Shown one piece after another: positions 27,224 through 37,782 of a stretch of 64,000 nucleotides of DNA. This DNA comes from Minisyncoccota bacterium (GTDB lineage: Bacteria; Patescibacteriota; Minisyncoccia; Phycocordibacterales; UBA9973): assembly GCA_035353995.1 (NCBI GenBank), contig DAOQAL010000001.1, positions 145,464-209,463 of the forward strand, read 5' to 3'. The position numbers and the translations under genes were made by a program. A model generated the notes under the pieces. That model was not told where the DNA came from and searched no databases. It saw only the letters and a list, made by a program, of their open reading frames with translations. The first letter of the stretch is position 1, and the number at the start of each line of letters is the position of its first letter.

Positions 27224-27337
27224 CTAGTGAAAGGGAATAGTATTTTGATTAATCCACTTTTCTCCTTATTCTTTCAAGAAAGTGAAGGAATAAGAAAAAA
27301 AGTGTGATATTGCAAAATAATCCCCATTTTAATTTAT

Positions 27338-27523
27338 ATGGCAAAAACATCAGTAAAAGTTAGGGCTTTAAAAAAGCCGAAATTTAGCACTCGAGCAAAG
27401 AATCGATGTTTTCGTTGTGGTCGCGGAAATAGTTATATGAGAGACTTCGGTGTTTGCAGAATTTGTTTTAGAGAATTGGCAAATGAAGGAATGTTACCTG
27501 GAGTAAGAAAGTCTTCTTGGTAG
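27338..27523 (+). CDS. rpsZ: 30S ribosomal protein S14 type Z (zinc-binding)
   Basis: 61 aa with CFRCGRG...CRICFR. Confidence 0.85.
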   Translation: MAKTSVKVRALKKPKFSTRAKNRCFRCGRGNSYMRDFGVCRICFRELANEGMLPGVRKSSW

Positions 27524-27551
27524 TTAGTAAATACTATAAATAATAAATTTT

Positions 27552-27938
27552 ATGGATTCAATCTCAAACATGATAATAATGATAAAGAATGCAGGTCTTG
27601 CACAAAATGAGACTACTGTTTTTTCTTATTCAAAAGTTAAGAATGCTATTCTTGAATGTTTAAAGAAAGAAGGTTTTATTTCAGATTTTTCTAAAAAAAC
27701 AAAAAAGGGTGTTCCAGTTCTTGAAGTTAAATTAGTTTATACAAATAACAAGCCAAAAATTTCAGAAGTACAAAGAATTTCAAAACAGTCAAGAAGAGTT
27801 TATTTTGGAGTAAAAGATATTTATCCAGTTAAAAATGGTTCGGGTCTTTTAGTTCTTTCAACGCCTAAAGGAATTTTGTCTGGGAAAGAAGCAAGACGTG
27901 AACTGGTCGGTGGAGAAGCATTGTTTAAGGTTTGGTAG
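27552..27938 (+). CDS. rpsH: 30S ribosomal protein S8
   Basis: Operon position; S8 length and C-terminal motif. Confidence 0.9.
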   Translation: MDSISNMIIMIKNAGLAQNETTVFSYSKVKNAILECLKKEGFISDFSKKTKKGVPVLEVKLVYTNNKPKISEVQRISKQSRRVYFGVKDIYPVKNGSGLLVLSTPKGILSGKEARRELVGGEALFKVW

Positions 27939-27969
27939 TTTGATTAAATCACTATAAATAATTAAATTT

Positions 27970-28506
27970 ATGTCAAGAATAGGAAAACAAGAAATTAAAA
28001 TACCAAAAGGTGTTGAAGTCACACAAAATGGTGAAACAATAACCGTAAAAGGACCAAAGGGAACACTCTCAAGAGTTTTTCGTAGTGATATAACAATAAC
28101 TATATCAGCAGATGGAAAGATTGTTTTGAATGTAAACAGAAATGATAAATTTTCAAAATCTCTTTGGGGAACATATGCTTCACACATAAAAAATATGATA
28201 AAGGGTGTTGAGGTTCCATATCAAAAGAAATTAATTTTGGAAGGAGTAGGATTTAAGTCTGAAGTTAAAGGAAAAGAACTTGTTTTCGCTTTAGGCTTTT
28301 CTCATCCAGTAATAGTTAAAATTCCAGATGGAATTACAGCAACTGCAGAAAAAAATATAATTACAATTTCGGGTATTGATAAAGAATTAGTTGGGTCTTT
28401 TGCTTCTTCTGTAAGATCTTTAAAGAAACCAGAGCCTTATAAAGGTAAAGGTATGAGATATGAAGGGGAAGTTATCAGAAGAAAGCAAGGTAAAAAGACA
28501 GCATAA
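27970..28506 (+). CDS. rplF: 50S ribosomal protein L6
   Basis: MSRIGKQEIKIPKGVEV. Confidence 0.9.
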   Translation: MSRIGKQEIKIPKGVEVTQNGETITVKGPKGTLSRVFRSDITITISADGKIVLNVNRNDKFSKSLWGTYASHIKNMIKGVEVPYQKKLILEGVGFKSEVKGKELVFALGFSHPVIVKIPDGITATAEKNIITISGIDKELVGSFASSVRSLKKPEPYKGKGMRYEGEVIRRKQGKKTA

Positions 28507-28524
28507 AAATTTAAATTATAAAAA

Positions 28525-28866
28525 ATGATAAACAAAACAGAAAAAAGAATAAGATTAAAGTCAAAAATTAGAGCAAAGATACAAGGTACTTCAGCACGTC
28601 CTAGACTTTCTGTTTTCCGTTCAAATAAATTTATTTATGCTCAAGTAATAGATGACACAAAAGGAAAGACTTTAGTTTCTGCAAGTGATGTTAAAATAAA
28701 AAAGGGAACAAAGAGTGAGAGAGCAAAAGAAGTAGGAAAATTAATAAGTAGTGCTTGTATTTCTGCAAAAATTACTAGTGTAGTTTTTGATAGAAATGGT
28801 TTTAAATATACTGGTCGCATTAAAACAGTAGCAGACGAAGCAAGAGCTGGCGGTCTAAAATTTTAA
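28525..28866 (+). CDS. rplR: 50S ribosomal protein L18
   Basis: RLSVFRSNKFIYAQVIDD. Confidence 0.85.
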   Translation: MINKTEKRIRLKSKIRAKIQGTSARPRLSVFRSNKFIYAQVIDDTKGKTLVSASDVKIKKGTKSERAKEVGKLISSACISAKITSVVFDRNGFKYTGRIKTVADEARAGGLKF

Positions 28867-28875
28867 TTAAAAAAT

Positions 28876-29433
28876 ATGGAAAAAGGAAACGAAAAAAGAA
28901 ATAGTAGACGATCAAGTTCTTTTACGAGACCAAAACCAGAATTTGACCAGAAAATTTTGGATATTCGTAGAGTTACAAGAGTTGTAGCTGGAGGACGAAG
29001 ATTTTCTTTTAGTGTTGTTTTAGTTGCTGGTGACAGAAAAGGAAGTATTGGATTAGGATTAGGTAAAGCTGGAGATACATCACTTGCTATAAATAAAGCT
29101 TTAAGAAATGCAAAGAAAAATATGATTAGGCTTAAACTTACAAAAACATTTTCATTGCCTTATGAAGTTTCAGCAAAATATTCAAGTTCTCAAATAGTTT
29201 TAATTCCTAATAAAGGACGTGGTTTGGTTGCTGGTTCTGTTGTTCGTGATATAGTAAAACTTTCAGGAATGAAAGATATTACTGGTAAAATTTTATCTGG
29301 AACTAAAAATAAATTAAATAATGCAAAAGCTACTATGCTTGCTTTGAAAGATATTTCAACAAAATATTCTGCTCCATCTGTAGAGACACAAATAGTATCT
29401 GGAAAAGAAGAAGTTATTGTTTCAAATAATTAA
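28876..29433 (+). CDS. rpsE: 30S ribosomal protein S5
   Basis: RVTRVVAGGRRFSFSVVLVAGDRKGSIGLGLGKA. Confidence 0.9.
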   Translation: MEKGNEKRNSRRSSSFTRPKPEFDQKILDIRRVTRVVAGGRRFSFSVVLVAGDRKGSIGLGLGKAGDTSLAINKALRNAKKNMIRLKLTKTFSLPYEVSAKYSSSQIVLIPNKGRGLVAGSVVRDIVKLSGMKDITGKILSGTKNKLNNAKATMLALKDISTKYSAPSVETQIVSGKEEVIVSNN

Positions 29434-29439
29434 ATTTTT

Positions 29440-29751
29440 ATGCAAATACATAATATTAAAAGAGTACATAAGAATAAAAAGGATAGAATTGTAGGTCGTG
29501 GAGGAAAACATGCCAAAACTTCTGGTAGAGGAGGAAAGGGGCAAACAGCTAGAGCTGGAAACAAAAGACGACCTGAACTTCGTGATATTATAAAAAAGTT
29601 ACCTAAAAATCGTGGGTATCATTTTAAGTCTGTTCGCAAACCGACAGTATTATTAAGAGAAAAAACTATTACAACTGCTGGTAAACAAGAAACATTTTCT
29701 GAAATCAGAAAGCGTTTGAATATCAAAGGAGGAAAAATAAGAATAAAATAA
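29440..29751 (+). CDS. rplO: 50S ribosomal protein L15 (short, 103 aa); no L30 gene precedes it
   Basis: GRGGKHAKTSGRGGKGQTARAG motif; located between rpsE and secY. Confidence 0.75.
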   Translation: MQIHNIKRVHKNKKDRIVGRGGKHAKTSGRGGKGQTARAGNKRRPELRDIIKKLPKNRGYHFKSVRKPTVLLREKTITTAGKQETFSEIRKRLNIKGGKIRIK

Positions 29752-29753
29752 AA

Positions 29754-31025
29754 ATGGAAAAATTTTTGGGAAAAATTAAATTAATTTGGACCGATCCATC
29801 ATTAAGAAAAAGAATACTTTTTGTTCTTGGAGCTTTTGTTGTTTTTCGTTTACTTTCTTCTATACCAATACCAGGAATAGATGCTGTAGCTCTAAACAGA
29901 TTTTTGAATAATAACCAATTCTTTGGAATATTGAATATCTTTTCTGGTGGAGGACTTTCTAATCTTTCTATAATAATGCTTGGTGTTGGACCTTATATTA
30001 CTGGATCAATCATAATGCAATTATTAACAATTATGGTTCCTTCTTTGAAGAGACTTTATCACGAAGAAGGGGAAGCTGGAAAAAAGAAATTTGTTCAATA
30101 CTCAAGAATGCTTACTATCCCTCTTGCTGTAATACAAGGTTTTTCTTTGCTTGCAGTTCTTGAAGGACAGAAAATTTTGGTAAATCTAACAGCTTTTGAT
30201 AGAGTAACAAATCTTATAATAGTAGTTGCTGGTGCTATGCTTATTATGTGGATTGGGGAACTTATGTCTGAGTTTGGTATAGGTAATGGAGTGTCCCTTA
30301 TCATTTTTGCTGGTATCGTTTCTAGATTGCCATCTGGAATTAGCCAAATATTATTTACATTCGATGTTTCTCAAATACCAACATTTATATTACTTGTTGC
30401 ATTTGGAATATTAGTAATTGCTGGTGTAGTCATAGTTACAGAAGCAGAACGTCCTATTCCTGTAACTTATGCAAAAAGGGTACGAGGTTTAAAAATGTAT
30501 GGTGGTGGTTCAACATATTTACCACTAAGAGTAAATCAAGCTGGAGTTATTCCAATAATTTTTGCTTTGTCTATTTTGCTATTTCCACAAATGATAGGTA
30601 ATTTTCTTGCAAATGCAACAAATCCTGTTCTAGCAAAAATTGCTACTACATTATCGTCATTTTCTCAGACTAGCTGGCTTTATATGGTTTTGTATTTTGT
30701 GCTTGTTTTCTTATTTACTTATTTTTATACTGCTGTCACATTTGATCCAGAAGCACTATCAAACAATTTGCAAAAAAATGGTGCATTTATACCAGGTATT
30801 CGTCCAGGTCTTTCAACTTCAACGTATATTTCAAAAGTTTTAAATAGAATAACTCTATTAGGAGCTGTCTTCCTTGGCATAATAGCTATTTTGCCTCTAA
30901 TAGTTAGAGTAGCTACTGGAATTACTGCAATAGCAATAGGAGGAACATCACTTCTAATCGTTGTTTCTGTTGTGCTTGATTTGATAAAGAAAGTTGATGC
31001 TCAGATATCAATGAGAGAATACTAG
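29754..31025 (+). CDS. secY: Preprotein translocase subunit SecY
   Basis: 10 TM, SecY signature regions, operon position. Confidence 0.9.
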   Translation: MEKFLGKIKLIWTDPSLRKRILFVLGAFVVFRLLSSIPIPGIDAVALNRFLNNNQFFGILNIFSGGGLSNLSIIMLGVGPYITGSIIMQLLTIMVPSLKRLYHEEGEAGKKKFVQYSRMLTIPLAVIQGFSLLAVLEGQKILVNLTAFDRVTNLIIVVAGAMLIMWIGELMSEFGIGNGVSLIIFAGIVSRLPSGISQILFTFDVSQIPTFILLVAFGILVIAGVVIVTEAERPIPVTYAKRVRGLKMYGGGSTYLPLRVNQAGVIPIIFALSILLFPQMIGNFLANATNPVLAKIATTLSSFSQTSWLYMVLYFVLVFLFTYFYTAVTFDPEALSNNLQKNGAFIPGIRPGLSTSTYISKVLNRITLLGAVFLGIIAILPLIVRVATGITAIAIGGTSLLIVVSVVLDLIKKVDAQISMREY

Positions 31026-31026
31026 T

Positions 31027-31596
31027 TTAGTTATCTTTTATCCACTCGTTGTATTTAGATATAATAATTTGAACAACCTCGAAGAGGTTGTTTTTGTTTG
31101 TGTCTATAACAAGATCAAAATTGTTTTTGTCTGTGTGGTCAATGTTATACAGTTCTTTATATCTTTTTTTCTCGCTTTCTAATCTGTCTGTTATTTTTTT
31201 ATAAATTTCTTCTTTAGTTGATGACTCTTCACTACTTTTTCTTAATAGATTTTCTTTTAAATCATTCGCTATTCTGTCTTTTGCAATTTCAAGAGGTAAA
31301 TCTAAAAAAACTTTAAAAGAATCTGGTATCCAATGAAAAGCAAGACGAGAGTCAATTACAATTTGGTTTTCATTCGCTAATTTTCGTATTTCTTCATCTG
31401 TCATTTTGTCTATTCTCGTATCAGTTTCTGCAATTTTTGAAACTTGATTTAATGAAATTCCAAGCTTAAGTCCGATTTGACGAAAAAAATCACCAGATGA
31501 AAAATGTCTAAAATTAAGTTTTTGTGCAACTAATTTTGCAGTACTAGATTTTCCACTTCCAGGTGCTCCAGCTATTGTTATAATTTGTTTTTTCAT
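31027..31596 (-). CDS. cmk: Cytidylate kinase, short (archaeal-type) form
   Basis: IAGAPGSGKSSTAKLVAQKL P-loop; ~190 aa. Confidence 0.65.
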   Translation of the reverse strand: MKKQIITIAGAPGSGKSSTAKLVAQKLNFRHFSSGDFFRQIGLKLGISLNQVSKIAETDTRIDKMTDEEIRKLANENQIVIDSRLAFHWIPDSFKVFLDLPLEIAKDRIANDLKENLLRKSSEESSTKEEIYKKITDRLESEKKRYKELYNIDHTDKNNFDLVIDTNKNNLFEVVQIIISKYNEWIKDN

Positions 31597-31654
31597 ATAT
31601 ATGATAAATAATATCATTATTGATTTTTAAGCTCAAATTTTGTATTCTTAAAGA

Positions 31655-32242
31655 ATGCAAACACAAACTTTCGTATTTTTTGGTCAAGTTGGCTCTGGAA
31701 AGGGAACTCAGGTAAAATTGTTGATGGATTTTTTGAAAAATAAAGATAGTAAAGAACAAGTATATATTTCTACTGGTTCTGAATATAGAAAATTGATTGA
31801 ATCTGGCAACATTACAGGCTCTTTAGTTAAACAATCTATTGAAAAAGGAGAGTTACAGCCTGATTTCTTAACAACATCTATGTTTACTAATGTTTTAATT
31901 AATTCTTTAAGCGAAGATAAACATTTATTTGCTGATGGATATCCTAGGACTGTATTTCAATCTCAAACTTTTGAGGCAATGATGAAGTTTTATAAAAGAG
32001 ATTTAATAAAAATTATTTATATTAAAGTTGGCAAAGAAGAAGCAACGAAAAGGATGTTACTAAGAGCAAGAACAGATGATACGAATGAAGGTATTGCAAA
32101 AAGATTTGATGAATATGAAAATAATGTTATTCCCGCTATGAATTATTTTCAAAACAAAGATGGATATACAATTTACTCTATAAATGGTGAACAAACAGTC
32201 GAAGAAGTCCACAAAGAAATTATTAAAGCATTAAATTTCTAA
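31655..32242 (+). CDS. adk: Adenylate kinase
   Basis: FFGQVGSGKGTQVKLL P-loop; ~195 aa short form. Confidence 0.85.
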   Translation: MQTQTFVFFGQVGSGKGTQVKLLMDFLKNKDSKEQVYISTGSEYRKLIESGNITGSLVKQSIEKGELQPDFLTTSMFTNVLINSLSEDKHLFADGYPRTVFQSQTFEAMMKFYKRDLIKIIYIKVGKEEATKRMLLRARTDDTNEGIAKRFDEYENNVIPAMNYFQNKDGYTIYSINGEQTVEEVHKEIIKALNF

Positions 32243-32243
32243 A

Positions 32244-32927
32244 ATGAAAGAAGAAATAATTGTTATATCACTTGGTGGTTCATTAATCGTGCCTGATCAG
32301 GTGGATGTAGAGTTCTTAAAAGATTTTAAAGAACTTATTTTATCACAAGTTAAAAATGGAAAAAAATTTGTTATTGTTACGGGTGGCGGAAAATTTTGTC
32401 GAAGATATCAAGAAGCTTTAAAAAACTTAACATTACCATCAGGTGAAGATTTGGATTGGCTTGGTACATATTCAACTCGTTTTAATGCGGAATTTTTACG
32501 TTTAATTTTTGGTGAATTAGCTTGCAATGAGATAATAACAGACCCAACATTACCAATATCTTTTGATCATCCTATTGTGATTGGTTCAGGATGGAAACCG
32601 GGATGGAGTTCAGACTATGATGGTATTTTGCTTGCAAAGTCAGTTGGTGCTAAAAAAATGATTAATTTATCAAATACAGATTACGTTTATGATTCAGATC
32701 CGAAATTAAATCCTAATGCACAAAAAATTGAAAGAATTTCATGGAAAGAATATCGTGAATTGATTCCTAAAGAATGGAATCCTGGATTAAATTCTCCATT
32801 TGATCCTATCGCTTCAGAAATGGCAGAGAGGGAAGGTATTGAGGTTACAATAATGAATGGAAAACCTATTAGCAATTTAGAAAGTTACATTAATGGAGAA
32901 GATTTTCAAGGAACTATAATATATTAA
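32244..32927 (+). CDS. Amino-acid kinase family protein, probable UMP kinase (archaeal-type)
   Basis: ISLGGSLIV and VIVTGGGKF motifs; 227 aa. Confidence 0.5.
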   Translation: MKEEIIVISLGGSLIVPDQVDVEFLKDFKELILSQVKNGKKFVIVTGGGKFCRRYQEALKNLTLPSGEDLDWLGTYSTRFNAEFLRLIFGELACNEIITDPTLPISFDHPIVIGSGWKPGWSSDYDGILLAKSVGAKKMINLSNTDYVYDSDPKLNPNAQKIERISWKEYRELIPKEWNPGLNSPFDPIASEMAEREGIEVTIMNGKPISNLESYINGEDFQGTIIY

Positions 32928-32932
32928 AAATT

Positions 32933-33700
32933 ATGATAACAATAAAAACAAAAGAAGAAATAGAAATATTAAGAGAATGTGGCAAACGTTTAGCATTTGT
33001 ATTACATAAAACAGCAGAAAAAGTTGCTCCAGGAGTTTCTACTTGGGAACTTGATAAATATGCTGAAAAGTTAATAAAAGAAATGGGTGATTACCCAGCT
33101 TTCTTAAATTATCTACCAGAAGGGGCTAGCAGGCCATTTCCAGGGTCTCTTTGTGTCTCTGTGAATGATGAAGTTGTTCATGGTATACCTAGCAAAAAAA
33201 GGATTTTGAAAGAAGGAGATATTGTTTCTCTTGATTTGGGTTTACAACATAATGGACTTTTTACAGATATGGCAATTACTGTTCCAGTTGGGGAAGCAAG
33301 TCCAGCTTCTTTGAAATTAATTAAAACAACAGAAAAAGCTTTAGAGGTTGGTATTTCTGCTGCATGTGGTGGTGCAAGAGTTGGCGATATTGGTCATGAA
33401 ATAGAAAGTTTTGTAAGACCACAAAGGTATGGGATAGTAGAAATTTTGGCTGGACATGGAGTAGGAAGGGCAATACATGAAGATCCTTTTATACCAAATT
33501 ACGGAAAGAAAGGCGTAGGCGCTAAATTGGTTCCTGGTATGGTGATAGCAATTGAACCAATGTTAAACAATGGTACAAAAAATGTAACACTAGAAGATGA
33601 TGATTGGACATTTAGAACTGCTGATAGAAAAAAGAGTGCTCATTTTGAACATACCATTCTTATTACAGAAGGAGAGCCAGAAATTTTAACAAAAATGTAA
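32933..33700 (+). CDS. map: Methionine aminopeptidase type I
   Basis: Pita-bread fold metal ligands (D..D, H, E, E) in conserved context. Confidence 0.9.
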   Translation: MITIKTKEEIEILRECGKRLAFVLHKTAEKVAPGVSTWELDKYAEKLIKEMGDYPAFLNYLPEGASRPFPGSLCVSVNDEVVHGIPSKKRILKEGDIVSLDLGLQHNGLFTDMAITVPVGEASPASLKLIKTTEKALEVGISAACGGARVGDIGHEIESFVRPQRYGIVEILAGHGVGRAIHEDPFIPNYGKKGVGAKLVPGMVIAIEPMLNNGTKNVTLEDDDWTFRTADRKKSAHFEHTILITEGEPEILTKM

Positions 33701-33702
33701 AC

Positions 33703-33732
33703 TAAAAAATCCCCCATTGGGGGATTTTTTAG
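33703..33732. terminator. Bidirectional terminator between map and convergent gene
   Basis: AAAAAATCCCCC-att-GGGGGATTTTTT. Confidence 0.7.
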
Positions 33733-33736
33733 TTTG

Positions 33737-34303
33737 TTATTTACTTAATTCCAAAATTCTTTTTTCTCCATTTTCTCTCATCTTTGTTAGGAACATTCTG
33801 TGTTGTTCATTGAACTGAGCTTGTAGTGCTACTGCATCTTCAGTTTTGCCAATTTCCTTTTTTAAAGCAATTATTTTTTCTGTAAGTTTTTCTCCATCTT
33901 CACCCATTTCATATTTTTCTGCCATATTTTTGTAATTTCCACCTGCTTCTATTGAAACTCCTCCTACTCCAGTTGAGTATGAAGCTATATGATTTAAATC
34001 AAGCAAGTCATCCTTTAGTATTTCTTTAAGTTTTTCTGGATCTTTTATTTCAGAAATCGTTTTGGCTTTGAACAATTTCATAATTTTTTCTCTTATGCTA
34101 TTCCTCTTTTCCTCAGTTCTTTTTTCTACAAATTCATTATTTTTTGCTACAGGTTCTTTTACTGTTTCCGGATTCAAAATCCTCTTAGCTTGTTTAATAA
34201 CTTCTTCTTGTCCATTAATGTCTTCTTGCACACCAATGTTCTCATCAACTTCTTTTCTATTTTCTCCGTCTCCTTTAGGAGGCATTTCTTTTGTTAAAGG
34301 CAT
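33737..34303 (-). CDS. Hypothetical highly charged (E/K-rich) protein
   Basis: ORF only; divergent from the VirD4-like ATPase gene. Confidence 0.35.
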   Translation of the reverse strand: MPLTKEMPPKGDGENRKEVDENIGVQEDINGQEEVIKQAKRILNPETVKEPVAKNNEFVEKRTEEKRNSIREKIMKLFKAKTISEIKDPEKLKEILKDDLLDLNHIASYSTGVGGVSIEAGGNYKNMAEKYEMGEDGEKLTEKIIALKKEIGKTEDAVALQAQFNEQHRMFLTKMRENGEKRILELSK

Positions 34304-34378
34304 ATTTTTATATATTTAATCTAATAATATCTACATGTATATTATACATCTTTTTTAATTTATTGTATAATTGACCCA

Positions 34379-37144
34379 ATGGAAGGATTGTTTTCAAAGG
34401 AAATTCCGAAATTTAAAACTCCAGAGGAAGAGTTAAGCTTTTTGCGTGCTCATATTGAAAAAAGAGAAAGAGAATTAAAGGCAAATGGTCAAATTGAACA
34501 CTCTACTGAAAATGTTGCAAAGAATGTTATTTTAGAATATAAAGAAGCACCTGCTAATGAAATTATTCATAAAGATAATTTATTAAGCAAAAGAGATACA
34601 CAAGAAATTGTTTTAAAATTGAAACCAGAAACTCATGATGCTGTTATGGAAGAGTTGCTTGGTGTTGTAATAACAAAAGGAATTAAAAATGCTTTAGAAA
34701 TTGTTAGTTCAATGAACAATCCTCACGTTGATGATGATTTTCAAAGATTACTTGTTCAATACTTAAAGACAGGACAAATAATATCAGGATTGAAAGAGGG
34801 GTCTCCTTTGTATAGAGAATTAAATATGACACTGTTTGAAATAACATTGCCACCACCTATAGATGAAGCTGATAAGCAAAAAAGTTTTAAAGAATTTATT
34901 AGCGCAATGGAACAATTTTATGCTGGTATGCAATCTATTTCTGTAAGTGTTAATAATGAAAGGGAAGAATACTTTTCTCTTGAAGTAGCATTGTCGAGCG
35001 AAAGTGACCAAGTTGTTATATATGCAGCAATACCAAATAAACACATTTCTCTTTTTGAAAAACAAGTTCTTGCATTTTATCATGATGCAAAAATAAAAGA
35101 AGTTCCTGACGATTACAATATTTTTAATGAAAAAGGTTATTCTGTTGGAGCTTATGCCACTTTTGCTGAACGTGCCGTTTTGCCAATTAAAACATACGAT
35201 AGTATAGAACATGACCCAATGAATATGATACTTAATGCTTTTTCTAAGTTAAAGACTAATGGCGAAGGAGCAGCAATACAAATTTTGATTGCTCCAGCTG
35301 GTAATAAATTTATAAATGAATTTCATAAAATATTAGATGATGTTAAAGATGGAATATCGGTAAAACATGCTGATGATAATCTTTATAAATTCAATAAAGC
35401 TTTTTTGAAAGCATCAAAAGAACTTTTGTTTAATACTGAAAAGAAAACAGAAGAGAAAAAAGAAAAATATATGAAGGGAAGACGTGCCGTAGATGAAGGT
35501 GCTGTTGAAAAAATTGGCAACAAATTGAAAAGTTCTATTTTAAAAGCAAATATAAGAATAGTTGCTTCAGGTGAGAATAAGGAAAGAGCAGAAGCAATAT
35601 TGCGAGAATTAGAATCTTCTTTTAATCAATTCACAGAAGCTGCAAGTAATAGAATTTTTTTCGAACAAATTTCTGGAAATGAATTAAAAAAACTATTTCA
35701 TGATTTTTCCTACAGAGCTTTTTCCCATGATAAAATTTTGCCAATGAATCTAAAAGAGTTATCTTCTGTTTTTCATTTTCCAGTTGGAATTTCTGGTCAG
35801 GCTCAACTAAAAGAAGCAAAAGCTGGAATTTCTCCAGCACCTATTGATATGTCACAAGATGGTATCGTTCTTGGAATAAACAGCTATAGGGGACGTGATA
35901 CTATGGTTCGTCTCAATAGGGAAGATAGAATGAGGCATTTTTATGTAATAGGGCAGACTGGTACAGGTAAAACAAATGTAATGTTAAATATGATAACTCA
36001 GGATATTAAAAATGGTGATGGATGTTGTTATATTGACCCTCATGGCACTGATATTCAAACAATATTATCACGTATACCAAAAGAGAGAATCGATGATGTA
36101 ATATATTTTGATCCAGCTTATACTGCGCGTCCAATGGGTTTAAATATGCTTGAATTTGATCCAAAATATCCAGAGCAAAAAACCTTTGTTGTGAATGAAC
36201 TGATGGGAATTTTTAATAAGTTATTCGATATGAAAACATCTGGTGGTCCAATGTTTGAGCAGTATTTTAAAAACTCTGCATTTTTAATTATGGAAGATCC
36301 AGAATCAGGTTGCACATTGCTTGAAATTTCAAGAGTGCTTGCTGATAAACAATTCCGTGATATGAAATTGGCTAAATGTAAGAATCCAATCATAAAACAG
36401 TTTTGGATTTCAGCTGAACAAACAACCGGTGATCAATCCTTGGCTAACTTTGTGCCTTATATAACTTCAAAATTTGATAATTTTATTTCAAATGACATAA
36501 TGCGTCCTGTTGTTTTACAAGAAAAATCTGTGTTTGATTTTCGTAAGATTATGGATGAGAAAAAAATTCTTTTAGTTAACCTTTCGAAAGGACGTTTGGG
36601 AGAAATGAATGCAAATTTAATAGGACTTGTTCTTGTTGGAAAAATTCAAATGGCAGCATTATCAAGAGTAGATATGTTTGGAAAACAAATGAATGATTTT
36701 TATCTTTATATTGATGAATTCCAGAATGTTACAACTGATTCCATAGCATCAATTCTTTCTGAAGCACGAAAATATCGTCTTTCTCTAAATGTTGCTCATC
36801 AATATATCTCTCAGTTAGAAGAATCAATTAAAAATGCAGTATTCGGTAACGTAGGTTCAATGGCTGTCTTTCGTGTAAGTTCTGAAGATGCTGAATTTTT
36901 AGAAAAAAGATTTCAACCAACATTTAAATCAGCTGATATTATGAAGTTGGATAATTACAATGCTTATGTAAGTATGTTAGTAAAAGGCCAGCCAACAAAG
37001 CCTTTTAATATTTATACTCTTCCACCAGAAAAAGGTAATCCAGAAATAGTAGAGAGTTTGAAAGAACTTTCTTACTTAAAATACGGTCGCGATAGGGAAG
37101 AAATAGAATCCGAAATTATGCACAAATACGAGAGACAACAATAA
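34379..37144 (+). CDS. VirD4/TraG-like (type IV coupling-protein-like) P-loop ATPase with ~490-aa N-terminal region of unknown function
   Basis: Walker A GQTGTGKT followed by YIDPHGTD (DPxGE-like). Walker B LYIDEFQNV. C-terminal ARKYRLSLNVAHQYISQL resembling the TraG/TraD C-terminal region. Confidence 0.55.
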   Translation: MEGLFSKEIPKFKTPEEELSFLRAHIEKRERELKANGQIEHSTENVAKNVILEYKEAPANEIIHKDNLLSKRDTQEIVLKLKPETHDAVMEELLGVVITKGIKNALEIVSSMNNPHVDDDFQRLLVQYLKTGQIISGLKEGSPLYRELNMTLFEITLPPPIDEADKQKSFKEFISAMEQFYAGMQSISVSVNNEREEYFSLEVALSSESDQVVIYAAIPNKHISLFEKQVLAFYHDAKIKEVPDDYNIFNEKGYSVGAYATFAERAVLPIKTYDSIEHDPMNMILNAFSKLKTNGEGAAIQILIAPAGNKFINEFHKILDDVKDGISVKHADDNLYKFNKAFLKASKELLFNTEKKTEEKKEKYMKGRRAVDEGAVEKIGNKLKSSILKANIRIVASGENKERAEAILRELESSFNQFTEAASNRIFFEQISGNELKKLFHDFSYRAFSHDKILPMNLKELSSVFHFPVGISGQAQLKEAKAGISPAPIDMSQDGIVLGINSYRGRDTMVRLNREDRMRHFYVIGQTGTGKTNVMLNMITQDIKNGDGCCYIDPHGTDIQTILSRIPKERIDDVIYFDPAYTARPMGLNMLEFDPKYPEQKTFVVNELMGIFNKLFDMKTSGGPMFEQYFKNSAFLIMEDPESGCTLLEISRVLADKQFRDMKLAKCKNPIIKQFWISAEQTTGDQSLANFVPYITSKFDNFISNDIMRPVVLQEKSVFDFRKIMDEKKILLVNLSKGRLGEMNANLIGLVLVGKIQMAALSRVDMFGKQMNDFYLYIDEFQNVTTDSIASILSEARKYRLSLNVAHQYISQLEESIKNAVFGNVGSMAVFRVSSEDAEFLEKRFQPTFKSADIMKLDNYNAYVSMLVKGQPTKPFNIYTLPPEKGNPEIVESLKELSYLKYGRDREEIESEIMHKYERQQ

Positions 37145-37147
37145 TTT

Positions 37148-37666
37148 ATGGAAGACGAAAACTTACTAGAATTTGGCATTAAAAGAGAAAACGAAGAACG
37201 TCGCGATGGTGGCTGTGCTGTTGTTTTTGACCCAGAATCACAGAAATATGCTGTATATATTAATACCAAGAACGGTATTTATGGATTATTCGGTGGAGGA
37301 TTTAATGAAGGCGAGGATGAAAAAGAAGGAGTACTCAGAGAGCTTAGGGAAGAGAGCGGGCTTTATGATTTTTTATATATCGAGAAAATTGACAAGGTTC
37401 TGACCCATTATTTTAACAGTAACAAAGAAGTAAATCGTGTTGCAACGGCGGTTTGTTTTTTGGTTATCCTAAAAAGTTCAGATCGAAAGGATCCAAAACT
37501 TGAAGAACATGAAAAATTCGAATTTATTTTTACTGAACCAAAAGAAATAATGAATAATTGGCAGTCCAGAAATCAAAATAAAGATTACGACCACTGGATT
37601 TATTTTTTGAAAAAAGGAACGGAACGGGCTGGGAAACTTGGTTATGATAAAAAAATCACCGAATAA
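37148..37666 (+). CDS. NUDIX hydrolase
   Basis: Nudix box GGGFNEGEDEKEGVLRELREESGL; start 4 nt after ATPase stop. Confidence 0.75.
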   Translation: MEDENLLEFGIKRENEERRDGGCAVVFDPESQKYAVYINTKNGIYGLFGGGFNEGEDEKEGVLRELREESGLYDFLYIEKIDKVLTHYFNSNKEVNRVATAVCFLVILKSSDRKDPKLEEHEKFEFIFTEPKEIMNNWQSRNQNKDYDHWIYFLKKGTERAGKLGYDKKITE

Positions 37667-37782
37667 ATTTAAACTAAAAAAGGATTGCCTTATTAAATGG
37701 TAATCCTTTTTGTTATTATTGGCGTTTGCTAGAAAATCTGTTAGAATAGCTTTATTAATAGCTAAGTTTTTATAATAAAATT

